This document shows positions 22,407 to 34,490 of a stretch of 45,253 nt of DNA, piece by piece. The DNA comes from Macrostomum lignano (Eukaryota). A program made the position numbers and the translations under genes. The stretch covers positions 1 to 45,253 of the forward strand of contig NIVC01000484.1 of the NCBI GenBank assembly GCA_002269645.1. Direction: 5' to 3'. How positions within the stretch are numbered: the stretch's first letter is position 1; each line of letters opens with the position of its first letter. Under the pieces are notes generated by a model. That model ran no database searches. It was not told where the DNA came from and worked only from the letters and a program-made list of their open reading frames with translations.

Positions 22407-25400
22407 TTAACCGGAAATCTTGACGGATTCCACAGCGCTGGCCAGATCTCCAGCCGCCTTCTTCTTGGCCTTCTTCTTTTGGGCTTTCTTGTTCAGCGCG
22501 CCAGTGATTACTTTCAGTAGTTCGGCGTCCTCAATTTTATTATCGGATTTGTAAGCGGCGGTATCGAATGGCAGGCCCGTGATGCGCATTTGGCCTGTTG
22601 GGGGGGGGGGGTTCATTCAATATATCATTTTAATTAAAGTACATTAAACAATTGAAAATCTACAATACTCGAAGTGTTGCTCAGATTTCCCATGGGTTCA
22701 TTTTTGTTAATTAGAGGGGGTATTTTTTAGATTCCTATTGGGATATTTCCGCTAAGTAAAATGGAATTTGCCATCCAATTTTTAGCCCCCCCCCCACATT
22801 TTTCCGCTAGATAAGAAGGGGAATTTCTCGCTAGATAAGAAGGGGAATTTCTCGCTAGATAAGGGGAATTTCTCGCTAGATAAGAAGGGGAATTTCTCGC
22901 TAGATAAGAAGGGGAATTTCTCGCTAGATAAGGGGAATTTCTCGCTAGATAAGAAGGGGAATTTCTCGCTAGATAAGAAGGGGAATTTCTCGCTAGATAA
23001 GAAGGGGAAATTCTCGCTAGATAAGAAGGGGGGTTTTTTGCTAGATAGGAAAGTAATTTCTCGCTAAAAAGAAGGGGAATTTCTCGTTAGATACGGAGAA
23101 TTTTTCGCTAGAATAAAGGGGAATTTTTCAATAGAATAAAGGAAATTTCTCAGATAGCTGAAAAGGGATTTTTTGTTAAAAAATCGTCAATCTTGCTGCA
23201 GACTTTTTAAGTCGATGTATGCAGGGGAATTTTTCCTTAATTTCATCTGATTTCTTATCCCCACACCAGCTCACCGTTCGGCATCAGCAGCAGAGTAAAT
23301 TTGAACTGAGCAACAAACTCTGCGTCCTTCTCCCAGTAGACAGTCAGCGGCTCAACCAGAGAATGCTTGACGCATTCGACAACGCCCATACGAGCCTTGT
23401 TCTCGTCTTCGAACGAGCGCAACGAGAACGGATAGGCCTGGAACTTGGCGTTCATCTCGGAAAAGAACTGACGAGACGCTTTCATCTTCAAGCTGTAGAC
23501 CGTCTCCTTCTTCCTGAACACCGTGGTCTTGGTGTCGCGCTCCTTGGCCTTGCCATCGCCAGTCGACACCAGCACATCGACGTTCCAAACTTCGTGGACG
23601 TCGAATTCGCATTTTTCAACAGCTTTCTTAACAGTCTCGTCCGGATTCCAAACAACTGACTTGTCCGCTTCTACAACGTGCTGTTTGGCCAAGTGGCACT
23701 GCATGTTCTCAACCATTGTGCACTTGTAGGCGCTGGCAATTTTCTGGGCCGTGTCAGCCACCTGAGTCAATGCGCGATTTCATTATGAAGAATGGGATTG
23801 ATGAAGCATGTACTAGCTGCTTAACGTAACTTAGATTCAGTGGCTACCTGTGCATCTTACAGTGGCTACCTATACACCTACAATGGCTACATGTAGATCC
23901 TTCATTTACTTATCTATAGATCACTTATTAGCTACCTGGAAGTCCCTCAGTAGTATCACTAGTTACCTATTATCCCCTAGATCTCTCAGCAGCTAATCCC
24001 CTAGATCCCTCAGCAGCTAATCCCCTAGATCCCTCAGCAGCTAATCCCCTAGATCACTCAGCAGCTAATCCCCTAGATCCCTCAGCAGCTACGCCCACCC
24101 CAAAAATCAGAAATCATCACCTCGGTGTTGGTACCGCCAGGCTTCAGCAGTCGCATGCAAGCCTCGGCAACGTAGTGAGCAGCCAGCATCGCGTCAGCTT
24201 TGCGCCCAGTAGCTGGGGCAGCGGCACTGGCGCCAATAACAAAGGAATGCGCCACACATGCGGCGAACCCGTCGATATGAGCGCCAAGATCGATTTTCAC
24301 CAGATCGCCATCGGCCAGTTCCGGCTGGCAACCGTCAGATCGAAGCGGCGAGAAATGACAGATGCAATTATTGCGCGAGATGCAAGTTGGAAATGCGACA
24401 CCCTTCTTCATTTCTTTCTCTTTTTTAAAGACTTTGGCCGTCTCCTCTTGAATGAGCCGGTCGCCCAGTTCGCACAGGTCGAGAATGCGAGCTCCGGAGA
24501 TGCACTTCTCTAGCAAGCGCTTCAGTACGTCTGTTATTAATAATCAATAAGAAAAAAAAGATTATCATAATTATAGGACAAATATATAAATGTTTTGGCA
24601 AATGTACTCTTATAATGAAGAATACAATCTTACCCCTAAAATTACAACTGAAGTATTTGCAGCAAGAGGATTTTTTACACTTAGTGCCTTGCAACTTGCA
24701 ATTAACTATTTCAATTTCTTAGTCAAAGTGTCAACGGTAAAAAACCCCTTTGGCAATTTTCCTATTTTCATTCATTAATTATTAGTCAACATTTATTTTA
24801 ATTCTTCTAGTATTACTTTCACTGGCATTATACGAGCATACTTGGATCAGAGCTTAATTTATTCTACTTAACTAACTTATTTCTATGCCCAAAAATGCTT
24901 TTTATCTTATATATATTGATTATAATAAGTCTATAACAATTAAAAAAGTTTAAATTCTAGAAATTGTGTTGCAGCACAACAACTTTTTTTCAATTTTATA
25001 GCCTTGGTATTTTTTGTATTTGTAAATCCATAATTGTCATATAGAATTGGAAGCATTTAACTTTTCTGAATTTAAAAAAAATTCATACTAACTGCCTATG
25101 CCACCTTCCCAGCCTATTGTGCAGTGGCCTAAATCTGGCATTAATGATGAAATTTCATCAATTTTTCTCTGGCATAACTGCAAACATGAAACAGACTATG
25201 GCTATCAATAAAGTTTATAGATTATAACACTTTGTATGTACCCCAGAAAAAGTGACCTACATTTTGGTGCATACCAATGTACCCCATATACACTACTTTA
25301 TGCAAAGCTTTAAATTGACAATTTTGAAATGTTACTACTAGACTAATGATTCTGATATTTAATATCAATTACACAATGTTAAAAACTAAAAACAATAGTT

Positions 25401-28400
25401 ACACCTGTATAACATTTCATACATTAAAAAACAGAACAATGCCAAATGTGATTATGTGGAAGAAAAAAAACAATAATGCCAATGGTGAGCTTTTGACTTC
25501 TGTTTTTGTTTTACTGAATTATATTTATACAGGAATAAATTAAAATGCATTTTTGTTTTAATACCTCAAATGCAAAAATTTTGTTTTTTGCTTAAGTCTT
25601 ACACTTTTTGGTAGACTTATGTGTAAATATTATTTATAAATAGAACATAAGCCAGTTCTAAATATAGTAGTATAATATAATATAATAGAATATATTGATG
25701 TTATTTTTCACTTTTTTACACAGACACTTGTAGTTATATTTAAATTGAACAAGTGTTTGTATTACAGATATTTTTATATTCTTTTTCCTTATTTGGTAAT
25801 GGTCTAATGGAAGTCATGGGTAATAAGTATCCCAATGAAAATGGTACCTAGGCCAAGAAGCCTTGCAGAGTCACTTATGTTGCCCTAGAGTCATTTCAGA
25901 TCCATTGCAGATGACATAGGTCAAATAGAAAAGAAGTGACTCTAAACAACTCTAAAATGACAAGATGTCATAGTAAAAGTTGCTAATAAGTTGCAGAAGA
26001 AGCACTTTTGTGTCACTGTAGAATCATTAGTGCATCACTTCTAGGTGCTCTGGGTGCATTATAGAGGCATTACTACCAGCTATAAAACAGACAACTAGAT
26101 AGTCATTTCTGGGCAAATAGAAAATGCATGCTCATTGACTTAAAAGTAATGCACTAACAATTCTACAGTGACACTACAGTGCCTCTTTTGCTACTTTTTG
26201 GCAACTTGTACCATACATGCGCAACTGCTAGCCCACCTAGCCAATCTGGCCACTGTAAATTGTGGTGGACCAGGGGTAAGTTGCAAAAATGCCTACCTCA
26301 AAAATAAATGTTGTACTAATTAGACGACGAGGCATTTAGCTCTTATAAGACAGTTATAGTTACTCCTGCCATTTACCCAAAACTGTGTTAATTTTGCTTT
26401 AGGGTTTCTTTCACATGTTAGTCGCATTTTTGGTCAAAAAGTAAGTCACACAGCCAGTGTAAATCAGGGGAGTTGCGCATGTATGACTTGTATTGTTTTA
26501 CCATAGCATTGTTTTCAATAGGAATTGTAATGGGAAAAAGTCCAAAAAGTAACAATTATTATTGTCTTTTTAGTTACCTAGAAAAAGTAATGCAAAAATG
26601 CCATTACCAAAAAGTAATAACTGTTACCAATTTAGTAAAGAATAACAAGTAATGTGCCCAACCCCATAAAAAATGAAAAAGCATGAAAAAATACATTTAA
26701 AAATACAATAAATTACATTTATTTAAAGTTAGGAGAAAACATTTTGCTTTTCAAAAAAGCACAAAAAGTACTTTTCAACAAGACTAAAAGTGCAGTAATA
26801 TTGTTACTTAACAAAAGGTAAAACAAGTTGAAAATAGACAAACTTTTTTGCAAAAAGATCATTTATATAACAAAATCATGAAAACAATTTGAAATTGAAT
26901 TTTTTTAAAGAAAAAGCTGTTATTATTGCCAAATAACAAAGTTTAATATAAATTGGGTATAGTAAAGCATTGTTTTTTTTAATTATTGGACATTATTCTA
27001 AATTGAGAAGTTTGATAAAATTAGAAATGAATAATATTTCTTTCTACAAATTCTCTAAAAACCATTTGAACTACCTTTTTATAATGTAGCAACTAACTTT
27101 TTAATTTTTTTATTTTAAAAGTGCAAATAAGCAAACATATTCATTGCAGCACAACTTTATGCATCTACTTTAAAGATATTACTTACTTCTACCTCCTATA
27201 ACTTTGTACTGGACATAAAGTGAAAAAAATGATAAAGAATATAAAGGCAATTGCAAACATAAAACAATTCATAAGCACAAGAAATGTTTTATGATAAACT
27301 ACTACTAAACTGCTAAAAGGTATGGTATGCTACAACATTAAATACTATAGTCTCATGCTCAAAGTTTTGGCTTTATCTTTTGCTTTCTTTGATACTTTTT
27401 ACAATCTATACAATTTTTTTCTTTATTTACTTTTGATATCAGTTATTCTATTTAAAATGTTGACAATTTTTTAGTATACATTATATATTATATTAGTTTT
27501 AGATGACAATTATTCAAATATGAAAATTGACTTTAAGTGATAGAATTCCAAAAGTACATTGTTCTTTAGAAAAATGGACTCACACTAAGCCTTTAACCAC
27601 TTGCATATATCACAAATACCAAGGTTAGGATTGTGTACCAGTGTACATTAAAACAAAAATTGGTTCCCTAGCTCATATATTCCAATGTTTGCTAATAAAC
27701 TTTATTGCACACAAAAAATGTCAAAAACATAAATTAAAAATTATAACTAATATTTCAAGGCTTCTAAAATTTAAATATTAAATTTAACTACTTTAACTTT
27801 GTATATAGAGACTATGCCATATTTAATATAATCATTTTTGTATATACCAACTATATATATACCTGCTGTCTTGGCAATCTTCATATGCCAAAAAGGCATG
27901 CTAGTTCCCTCTGTATGCATTGTATACAATGGTATACTTCCCTCTATAGGCTAGAATTTTCTAGCATATATATATACTATCTAGAGCCTAGCTTAAAAAA
28001 ATGACCCTAGCCCACTTGCCTACTGGCCTATACTCCAGATCATATAGGATATGCCCAAAAATTTAGGCATGCATTAGCCTTGCATGCCAAAGGTAGGTGT
28101 GTATAATTGATATACATCACTCCTAAGAAAATAATATACATGCACAAGTGGCATGCATTTTATGAATCACATGAAAGATGAAGAAATCACTGAAAGTCAT
28201 TTCAGTGACAAGAAAAATGACCCTTTTAGTGATAGCCATTCTGTTTTTGAACAGAAAATTAGATTGCAAATCTAAAAGGATATTGAACCTAAAGTTTTAT
28301 AATTTTTTGAAAAGGTTAAGTTCTGCTTCATGTAGTTTTGTTTATTTACAATTAAAGATTTGTGGTCTTTTGAATTGTTTTTCAATTTAAATGTATAGTG

Positions 28401-29873
28401 TCAATTTCTGCTTTTCTCATGGTTGGCATTTTACCACACTTAGGAAGGTGTACATTATGGCGGAAAATTCCGGCGCACATCAACGAAAAATATGCGCGAA
28501 GTGGCGCACACGGCGCACAACAGAGGCTTAGCAGAAGTTTTTAGTGCACATTAGCGCATAGCAAAACCCGATCAGAAAAATTTAGCCCACAATGAGTCAC
28601 CTAAATGTATAATCTGGATATGCAGTGCGTAAAATATGCTTTAAGATTAAGTTTTTTCCAAGCCTATCAATGAAAAAGTGTTTCTTGGTAAGTGAAACGA
28701 ATAATAAAATTCTAAATGGTATTTTACTGTAAAGTTAAAGCTTTTTTTGACAATTTTCTACGTGAGCTAAAAAAAAGCAACAGTTTTGAGTTAAAAAAAA
28801 GCCTACATAAAGTACAAAAATTTATCCGTTTTTTTAGTTTTGTTTTAATTATATTTTTACCGAGTTTTTTGTGCTACGGCTCATTAGTACTCTAGCAATG
28901 TATTTGTCAATAAACGAATGTAGACCTCTGCGCACAAATTCATATTTTAGCTTCGCGCACAGCGCACACTCCAAAAATACGCTGAAATATATTCCGGCGC
29001 ACATGTGACACCTTCCTGAGTGTGGGCATTTTATGAGGATTCTCTATATAGGTTTATGGTTTATATGTCTGAAAACTCTTGGACAATTCAAAATGATCTG
29101 TACAAAAAGAAAACAACAATTAGTTTTATTTATTTTCCTAAATATATTAATCTTTTGACAAAAATATTTAAATATATGTGTATGAAGCATAAATCTTAAC
29201 AAAATAACTACAAGCTAATATTATGAAGCACCTGTTATCACCAAAATGGCAATACCTATTATATCTTTAATTTTTCATAAAAAATAAAGTGTGTCTATCA
29301 CAAAAGCAACTTGTCACCAAAATGACTTATGACTATTTGTCACCAAAACAACTGGTACCCATAAAAAAACTAGTCTTGAATTTAGTTACCATGTAAATAA
29401 CACTGGCACTATTTATACAGTACCATGCAAGTAACAAGTGCCTTTTTTATCCCTGAACTGAAGCCTAAGCCAATTTTTATTACCTAAATGGTTTTGAAAA
29501 TCTGTCAAGAAGATCTACGCAATTGAGTGCAAACATTCCCATATTTTTCAATTAAAAAATCTCACTGAATTCTGTATCCATAGGTTTATAGACACAAGGC
29601 ACAACTTATGATTTGCCTAATCTTAATTGTGATAATATACTTTCCTAATACTCTTAGTCTTATTTTATACTGAATTTTAATTTCACTATGTAAGACATAA
29701 AAATTGAGTAGCTACGCATGCATGAGGTTAAAAAACTAAATAAAGTACATGCTACAAAAAAGTTACTAGGCATAAATTTTACCATTTATCAAGTCGCCAG
29801 CCATTTTGTACTTCGTGACAACAATGTCCTCTGCAATGGTGTGCATCTCTTCATCTTCTTCAATCTCTGCCAT
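22407..29873 (-). CDS. PA2G4: Proliferation-associated protein 2G4 / EBP1 (MetAP2-fold), 4 exons, 391 aa
   Basis: complement(join 29783-29873, 24121-24530, 23275-23761, 22407-22594) = 1176 nt open with GT-AG junctions. [30 protein letters not shown]|[53 protein letters not shown], basic C-terminus KKKAKKK. Confidence 0.97.
22795..23150. repeat. ~24-bp minisatellite in PA2G4 intron 3
   Basis: GCTAGATAAGAAGGGGAATTTCTC, about 12 copies, some with a 3-nt deletion. Confidence 0.95.
23975..24090. repeat. 24-bp minisatellite in PA2G4 intron 2
   Basis: CCCTAGATCCCTCAGCAGCTAATC, 4-5 copies. Confidence 0.9.
25979..26204. repeat. Degenerate inverted repeat (~65-bp arms), probably an old MITE
   Basis: Left GTTGCTAATAAGTTGCAGAAGAAGCACTTTTGTGTCACTGTAGAATCATTAGTGCATCACTT; reverse complement of right arm GTTGCCAAAAAGTAGCAAAAGAGGCACTGTAGTGTCACTGTAGAATTGTTAGTGCATTACTT. 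Confidence 0.7.
26208..26492. mobile_element. Possible MITE with CATACATGCGCAACT inverted ends
   Basis: CATACATGCGCAACT near 26212 and AGTTGCGCATGTATG near 26471. The TSD is not clear. Confidence 0.45.
28434..29025. mobile_element. 592-bp MITE with TIRs and an 8-bp TSD
   Basis: CCACACTTAGGAAGGTGT ... ACACCTTCCTGAGTGTGG, flanked by GCATTTTA on both sides (28426-28433, 29026-29033). Many subterminal GCGCAC motifs. Confidence 0.88.
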
Positions 29874-30789
29874 TTTTTAAATAGATGTAAATAAATAAAA
29901 TAAATGACACTAAAGAACTGATTTAGCAGCTTAGCAGTTTACTGAAAGCAGTTTCTTAACTTTCCTTTCTTTGCTATTTTTGACAATATTCGAAATATTT
30001 CGGTCTACGGTGAGAAAATTTCTATGATACGCGCAAGATCAGGATCCACTGCAATCTACTTTAAAAATTTAAATAGTTTAAAGCTTTAGCGTTAAAGTTG
30101 TATCAAAATTTGATTCTTTTATTTTTATAAAACTTTTATAAACTCATTGATAGTATAAATAACTATTTTATTTCTTACGTAGATATTTTTATATACTGCA
30201 TGTTTCTTAGTCCTTTTTCAAATGTGTTTATTTCTATGAACTCTACAAGATTACGCTTTAAACTTAAATTAGAAATGTTAGCTTCATTTAGACCGTAAGG
30301 TAGACCGCCGGCCGATAGACCGGAGACATACAGCTGTCAACCATGAAGGATTAAGTTAAGAAAGCTATTTTTGTAGCTTGGAAAGCTAATAGCTCGTATT
30401 TTCTTTTAATTCAAACATTTGATTTGGGGTGTCTCGTGTCTGTTTTCAGCTTCAGTTTCAAGTGAATATCTGACATACACATAGGTGATGTAGGCCTAGT
30501 AGCAAAGGCAAAGGGTAGAGCTAAATTTTGCGTAATAGTAAAGTGTTGTCCCCAACAAATTTGTTTGGGCTCATTTTCCTAAGTCTTTCCTATTTTTTAA
30601 AGAACTTTTTGAATTGAAGTTCTGCTTGTTTCTTTCAAACAAGACTTTATTCAGGTGGTAAAATGTTATATCAATTGCTCATTTTATACATTTATGCTAG
30701 TTTATCTAAATTATAATATTAGTAAGCCTTTGAATTAGTTTATATTGTAAAACAAATTTTAAAAATTACATTTTATTTATGAACCCTAT

Positions 30790-32011
30790 TAGTGTTCCGC
30801 TGTAAGGAGGGTCCATGTACCGTAGCCGTAGCCATAAGCAAAACTACGGCTTATTCCAATTCTCTGTATCCGTAGCCGTAGGGCCAGGTTGCGGATGGTA
30901 TGCATATACACCAGAACTTTTCTGGCATACAAAACGGCCACCCTCAGTCCTTGGCGTACACAATCGGCATACACAACCCTTGGCGCACTTTGGTGGCGTA
31001 CACTATTGGCGTACACAAGTAACACAGCCACGCATACTTTTTTGGCGTACAAATTTTGGTGAATCAATTCATGCCGTGCATGAAAATTGTAATGTAAATT
31101 AATGTTTTTACGTAAAGTAAAGGAAAATTTATATTGTCAGTGATAAACTTTTTGCTTATTTTAAGCTAAAAAAAAATAAAATTAGTGTAAAATTTTGCTG
31201 AAAGTATTAACTTTGCATGATATTTTTTGTAGGTGTTATTTAAGTTTGTTTAAACTGACAATATTCGTAATATTTTAAAGACACTTTTCATACGAAAGCC
31301 TTTCCTAGAAAACTCTACTCGTGAAAACCGAATGACCCTTTTTTAGGAACTTTTGGTGTACATTTTAGTGCAACTTTTTGTTTTTGGCGTACACTGGCGT
31401 ACAAAGTCCTTGACGCCCAAATTTTTTCCGGCGTACACGGGTACATGATCCGCACACTGGCCGTAAGGACCCCGAAATTACCATATTCCCATAGTTCCCA
31501 TAGCCGTAGTTTTAACAAAAAGACTAAAAAGTAAAATATTTTGAATCAAGACGATAACCTAGTGCTTAAACAACTGCAAATTAAATTAGAAAATAAAAGA
31601 AACACTCGATTGCCTTTGTAAGATTATATTTCGTCTTTTTTCAGAGCAACAATACTTAATTGTTACTGAAAGTACTAACGCTAAAATTTTTTACATTAAT
31701 AAAAATTAGAGTTTGCTAGTGTTTTATTGTACTTTTTCAGGTATATTCTATAAGTTTCTAGGTTGATAATACAGTTTACTAAATGTATATTTGTTTTACT
31801 CTACCTGTTTCTAATATTTTTATAAATTTTTAACATTAATAACTATGGCTACGGGAATCTACGGAATGTGACAGCAAATACCATATTTCCGTAGTCGTAG
31901 CCGTAAGAGCAGCTAGCTACCGTAGGCGTATCCGTAGCTGCCGTAGGCACCTATTTTACCGTATTTGCCGTAGGATCCCGTAGCCGTAGCTACGGCTACG
32001 GCGGAGCACTA
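30790..32011. mobile_element. hAT-type non-autonomous element (1222 bp) with an 8-bp TSD
   Basis: TIR TAGTGTTCCGC / GCGGAGCACTA; TSD AACCCTAT (30782-30789, 32012-32019); subterminal CCGTAG/CTACGG motif arrays. Confidence 0.9.
30881..31462. mobile_element. MITE nested inside the hAT element
   Basis: GGGCCAGGTTGCGGAT ... ATCCGCACACTGGCC inverted ends, flanked by GTA/GTA, with repeated GGCGTACA subterminal motifs. The GGGC start suggests PIF/Harbinger (inference). Confidence 0.65.
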
Positions 32012-32605
32012 AACCCTATTACTATTACTATATTAGGAAATAGTTCGGGGTCTAAGTCTAAGCTAGGCATATCAGCATATGTCAAATGGCACATGAAAAA
32101 CAGATAGAATAAAGAAAAATTTTGTTGATCAAGTATTAAACTAGGCTTATTCAATAGTTATTGATCAATTGAAACAGTTGTAGACATGCTTAATTTTTTG
32201 TTTTATTTAGCATTTGTTTTATTTAGCCAATGGGCAATGGCCACACTTTAGCCATTTGGGTCTTATAATATATGCCCAAAAAATTTGGGTGTACATTGTC
32301 CTTGTATGCCAAAAAATAGACATGTATAGTTTGTGCGTATTACTCCTCCTAAGAAAATAATATATATATACACTTGGTATGCATTTTAAAGAATCAAATT
32401 TTGCATAAATTTTAAGCTTTCTTCCAGTTTTTAAGCTTGTAATAAGGCATTTGAACAAATGTTTATGGGTATCAATTTTCTGCTACAAGTAAAATAGTAT
32501 AAGCAAAAAAGATAAAAATAGTCAACTAAATTATTAGCCAAAAAGGTCATTTATTCAAAACAAAAAAGGTCATTTATTGTTCTAACACTAGCCTAGATTT
32601 AAAAG

Positions 32606-33078
32606 CAGTGCTGCCACAGCTGCGCAAATTTTTCGCAGTGTGCAAGATTTAATTTTCTGCACAAATGTGCAAATAATATGCAAGACCTTAAATTTCTATG
32701 CAAATCAGACTTTGGATTGTTAAAAATCTGTCAGTAGCAAAATGTTCAATTCCACTTCAAATGATGATAAATTGATATTTCACTTTTCAGTTATGGCTAC
32801 TCTTTGTTTGCACTTAAAATAAAACACGCAATTTTCATACTACTTTGTTCATTTTCAAAAATTAAGCATTTGATTTATCATTTGATTCATTTAGGAAAGA
32901 GTTTTTAAGGATTTGAAAGTTTTGACTTAGAAAAAATATGACAAGAAAAAAGGATGCTGGAGTCCTTAGACTGAATTTCTTAATTTTTTTCTTCATTTTA
33001 CTAACAATCAGCTTTGGTTTCTATCTAGGCAATTTTTTTACCCTGTGCAAAAAATAATTATGTTGAGTGGCAGCACTA
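32606..33078. mobile_element. Older hAT-like MITE
   Basis: CAGTGCTGCCAC ... GTGGCAGCACTA termini. The 8-nt flanks are only partly similar (TTTAAAAG / TTTGGGAG). Confidence 0.55.
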
Positions 33079-34490
33079 TTTGGGAGTGTAGGTATGCACT
33101 CAAATATTTTTAGTGTGCATTTATAAATTTATTCAATTTTTGTTTAGGTATATAGACAACATGATCCAGACTATGAATACAATAATATTCTAATTAATAT
33201 AATTGTATTATAATTATAGTTATGCCAAACAGACAATTGATAACAATTATAAATATGCCAATTATCATAGATAGGCAAAGTTGATAGAATTGTAGATTTT
33301 GTTAGGATAGATTTCTTATTGTGACTTTTACTATAATGATGTGGTCTAGGGATTCTAACCCTAGGGAGCTATTTATTTTTCTTCTAGTGAGTTTTATACT
33401 TTACATAATATTATTACTATACTAGCAGTTACACAGTCAAATAAACATTTGCTAATGGTTAGAAAAAGGGAAAAGAGGAGAAAGAAAACAGATAGGAAAA
33501 TAAGTTAGGGAATATAGGAGAAGAAAGATAGCCATACTTAGGAATTCAAATATAGAAATGGAAAAAAGGAAAAAATTTGAAAGAGGAATAAAGAGATAAA
33601 AAAGGATAAAAAAGAATGAAAGAGAGAGGAAGAAATTGGAAAGTAGGGAGCTGATAAAAGACACAACCTTAAGTAAGTTTAGATTGCTATTGTGAAGTTT
33701 CAAAGGACCCACAGGCTAGAGTTTGACAACTTTTAATGTACAAAGTCAAACTACTACACATCTGTAGCTTTCTTTAATCTTTTGGTTTTGAACTTTGAAT
33801 GGATACATTTTTTATGTCTATACATTCTTTATTAGGGACCTACCCTAGGGTTTTAGCCAAAAAATCCCTGGTTTCTCAGGGTGCAAATTTTCTGTGAAAT
33901 TGATATGACACTCTTAATATGGCCCTACTAAGAAATATGACCATTTCCTTCAAAATAAAAATTGTTATTATAGTATAATTCATAGTTTTCCATTTTTGCC
34001 ATTGCCATTGATTCACGCACAAAGTATTAAACACTTGTTCTTTAGAACTGCTATTATTAAAGCTGTCTTTATTTGCAAAACTGTCTGCCTCGTTTCCATG
34101 GTAATTACAGCCTTTAAACAGTTATAGTACAGTGAAGCATGTACTAGTAAGCTCAGACTTATTGCATTTCATTTACTTTCTGAGGCACTGTGCTAAATAA
34201 GTGCTTCAGATATTGTGAAAATCTCATAGCTAAGTGCACTGCACTGATAAATGTATAAGGCCCCTCCCTATCTAATCTCTATGACAATTAGCAAGTCTTA
34301 TCGCTTCTCTTGCCTTTTGGCTGTTTTTGGAAGAAGTTTAAAAAGCAGAGAACATTAAATAATTAATAATTGTAGGAGAAACACTGATATTCACTTGTGG
34401 GGGGGGCATCACAATCGATCACAAAGCCAAAATATCACAACACCGAAAGTGCTAGCAACGCCCATTATCTGTAGTATTATCTGTATTATC

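Noticed and set aside
24530-34490. Short AT-rich ORFs (e.g. 25346..25543, 28178..28390, 30789..31067, 32219..32458, 33452..33712)
   Set aside because: No recognisable domains or consistent splice partners; they lie in intron, MITE or low-complexity DNA.
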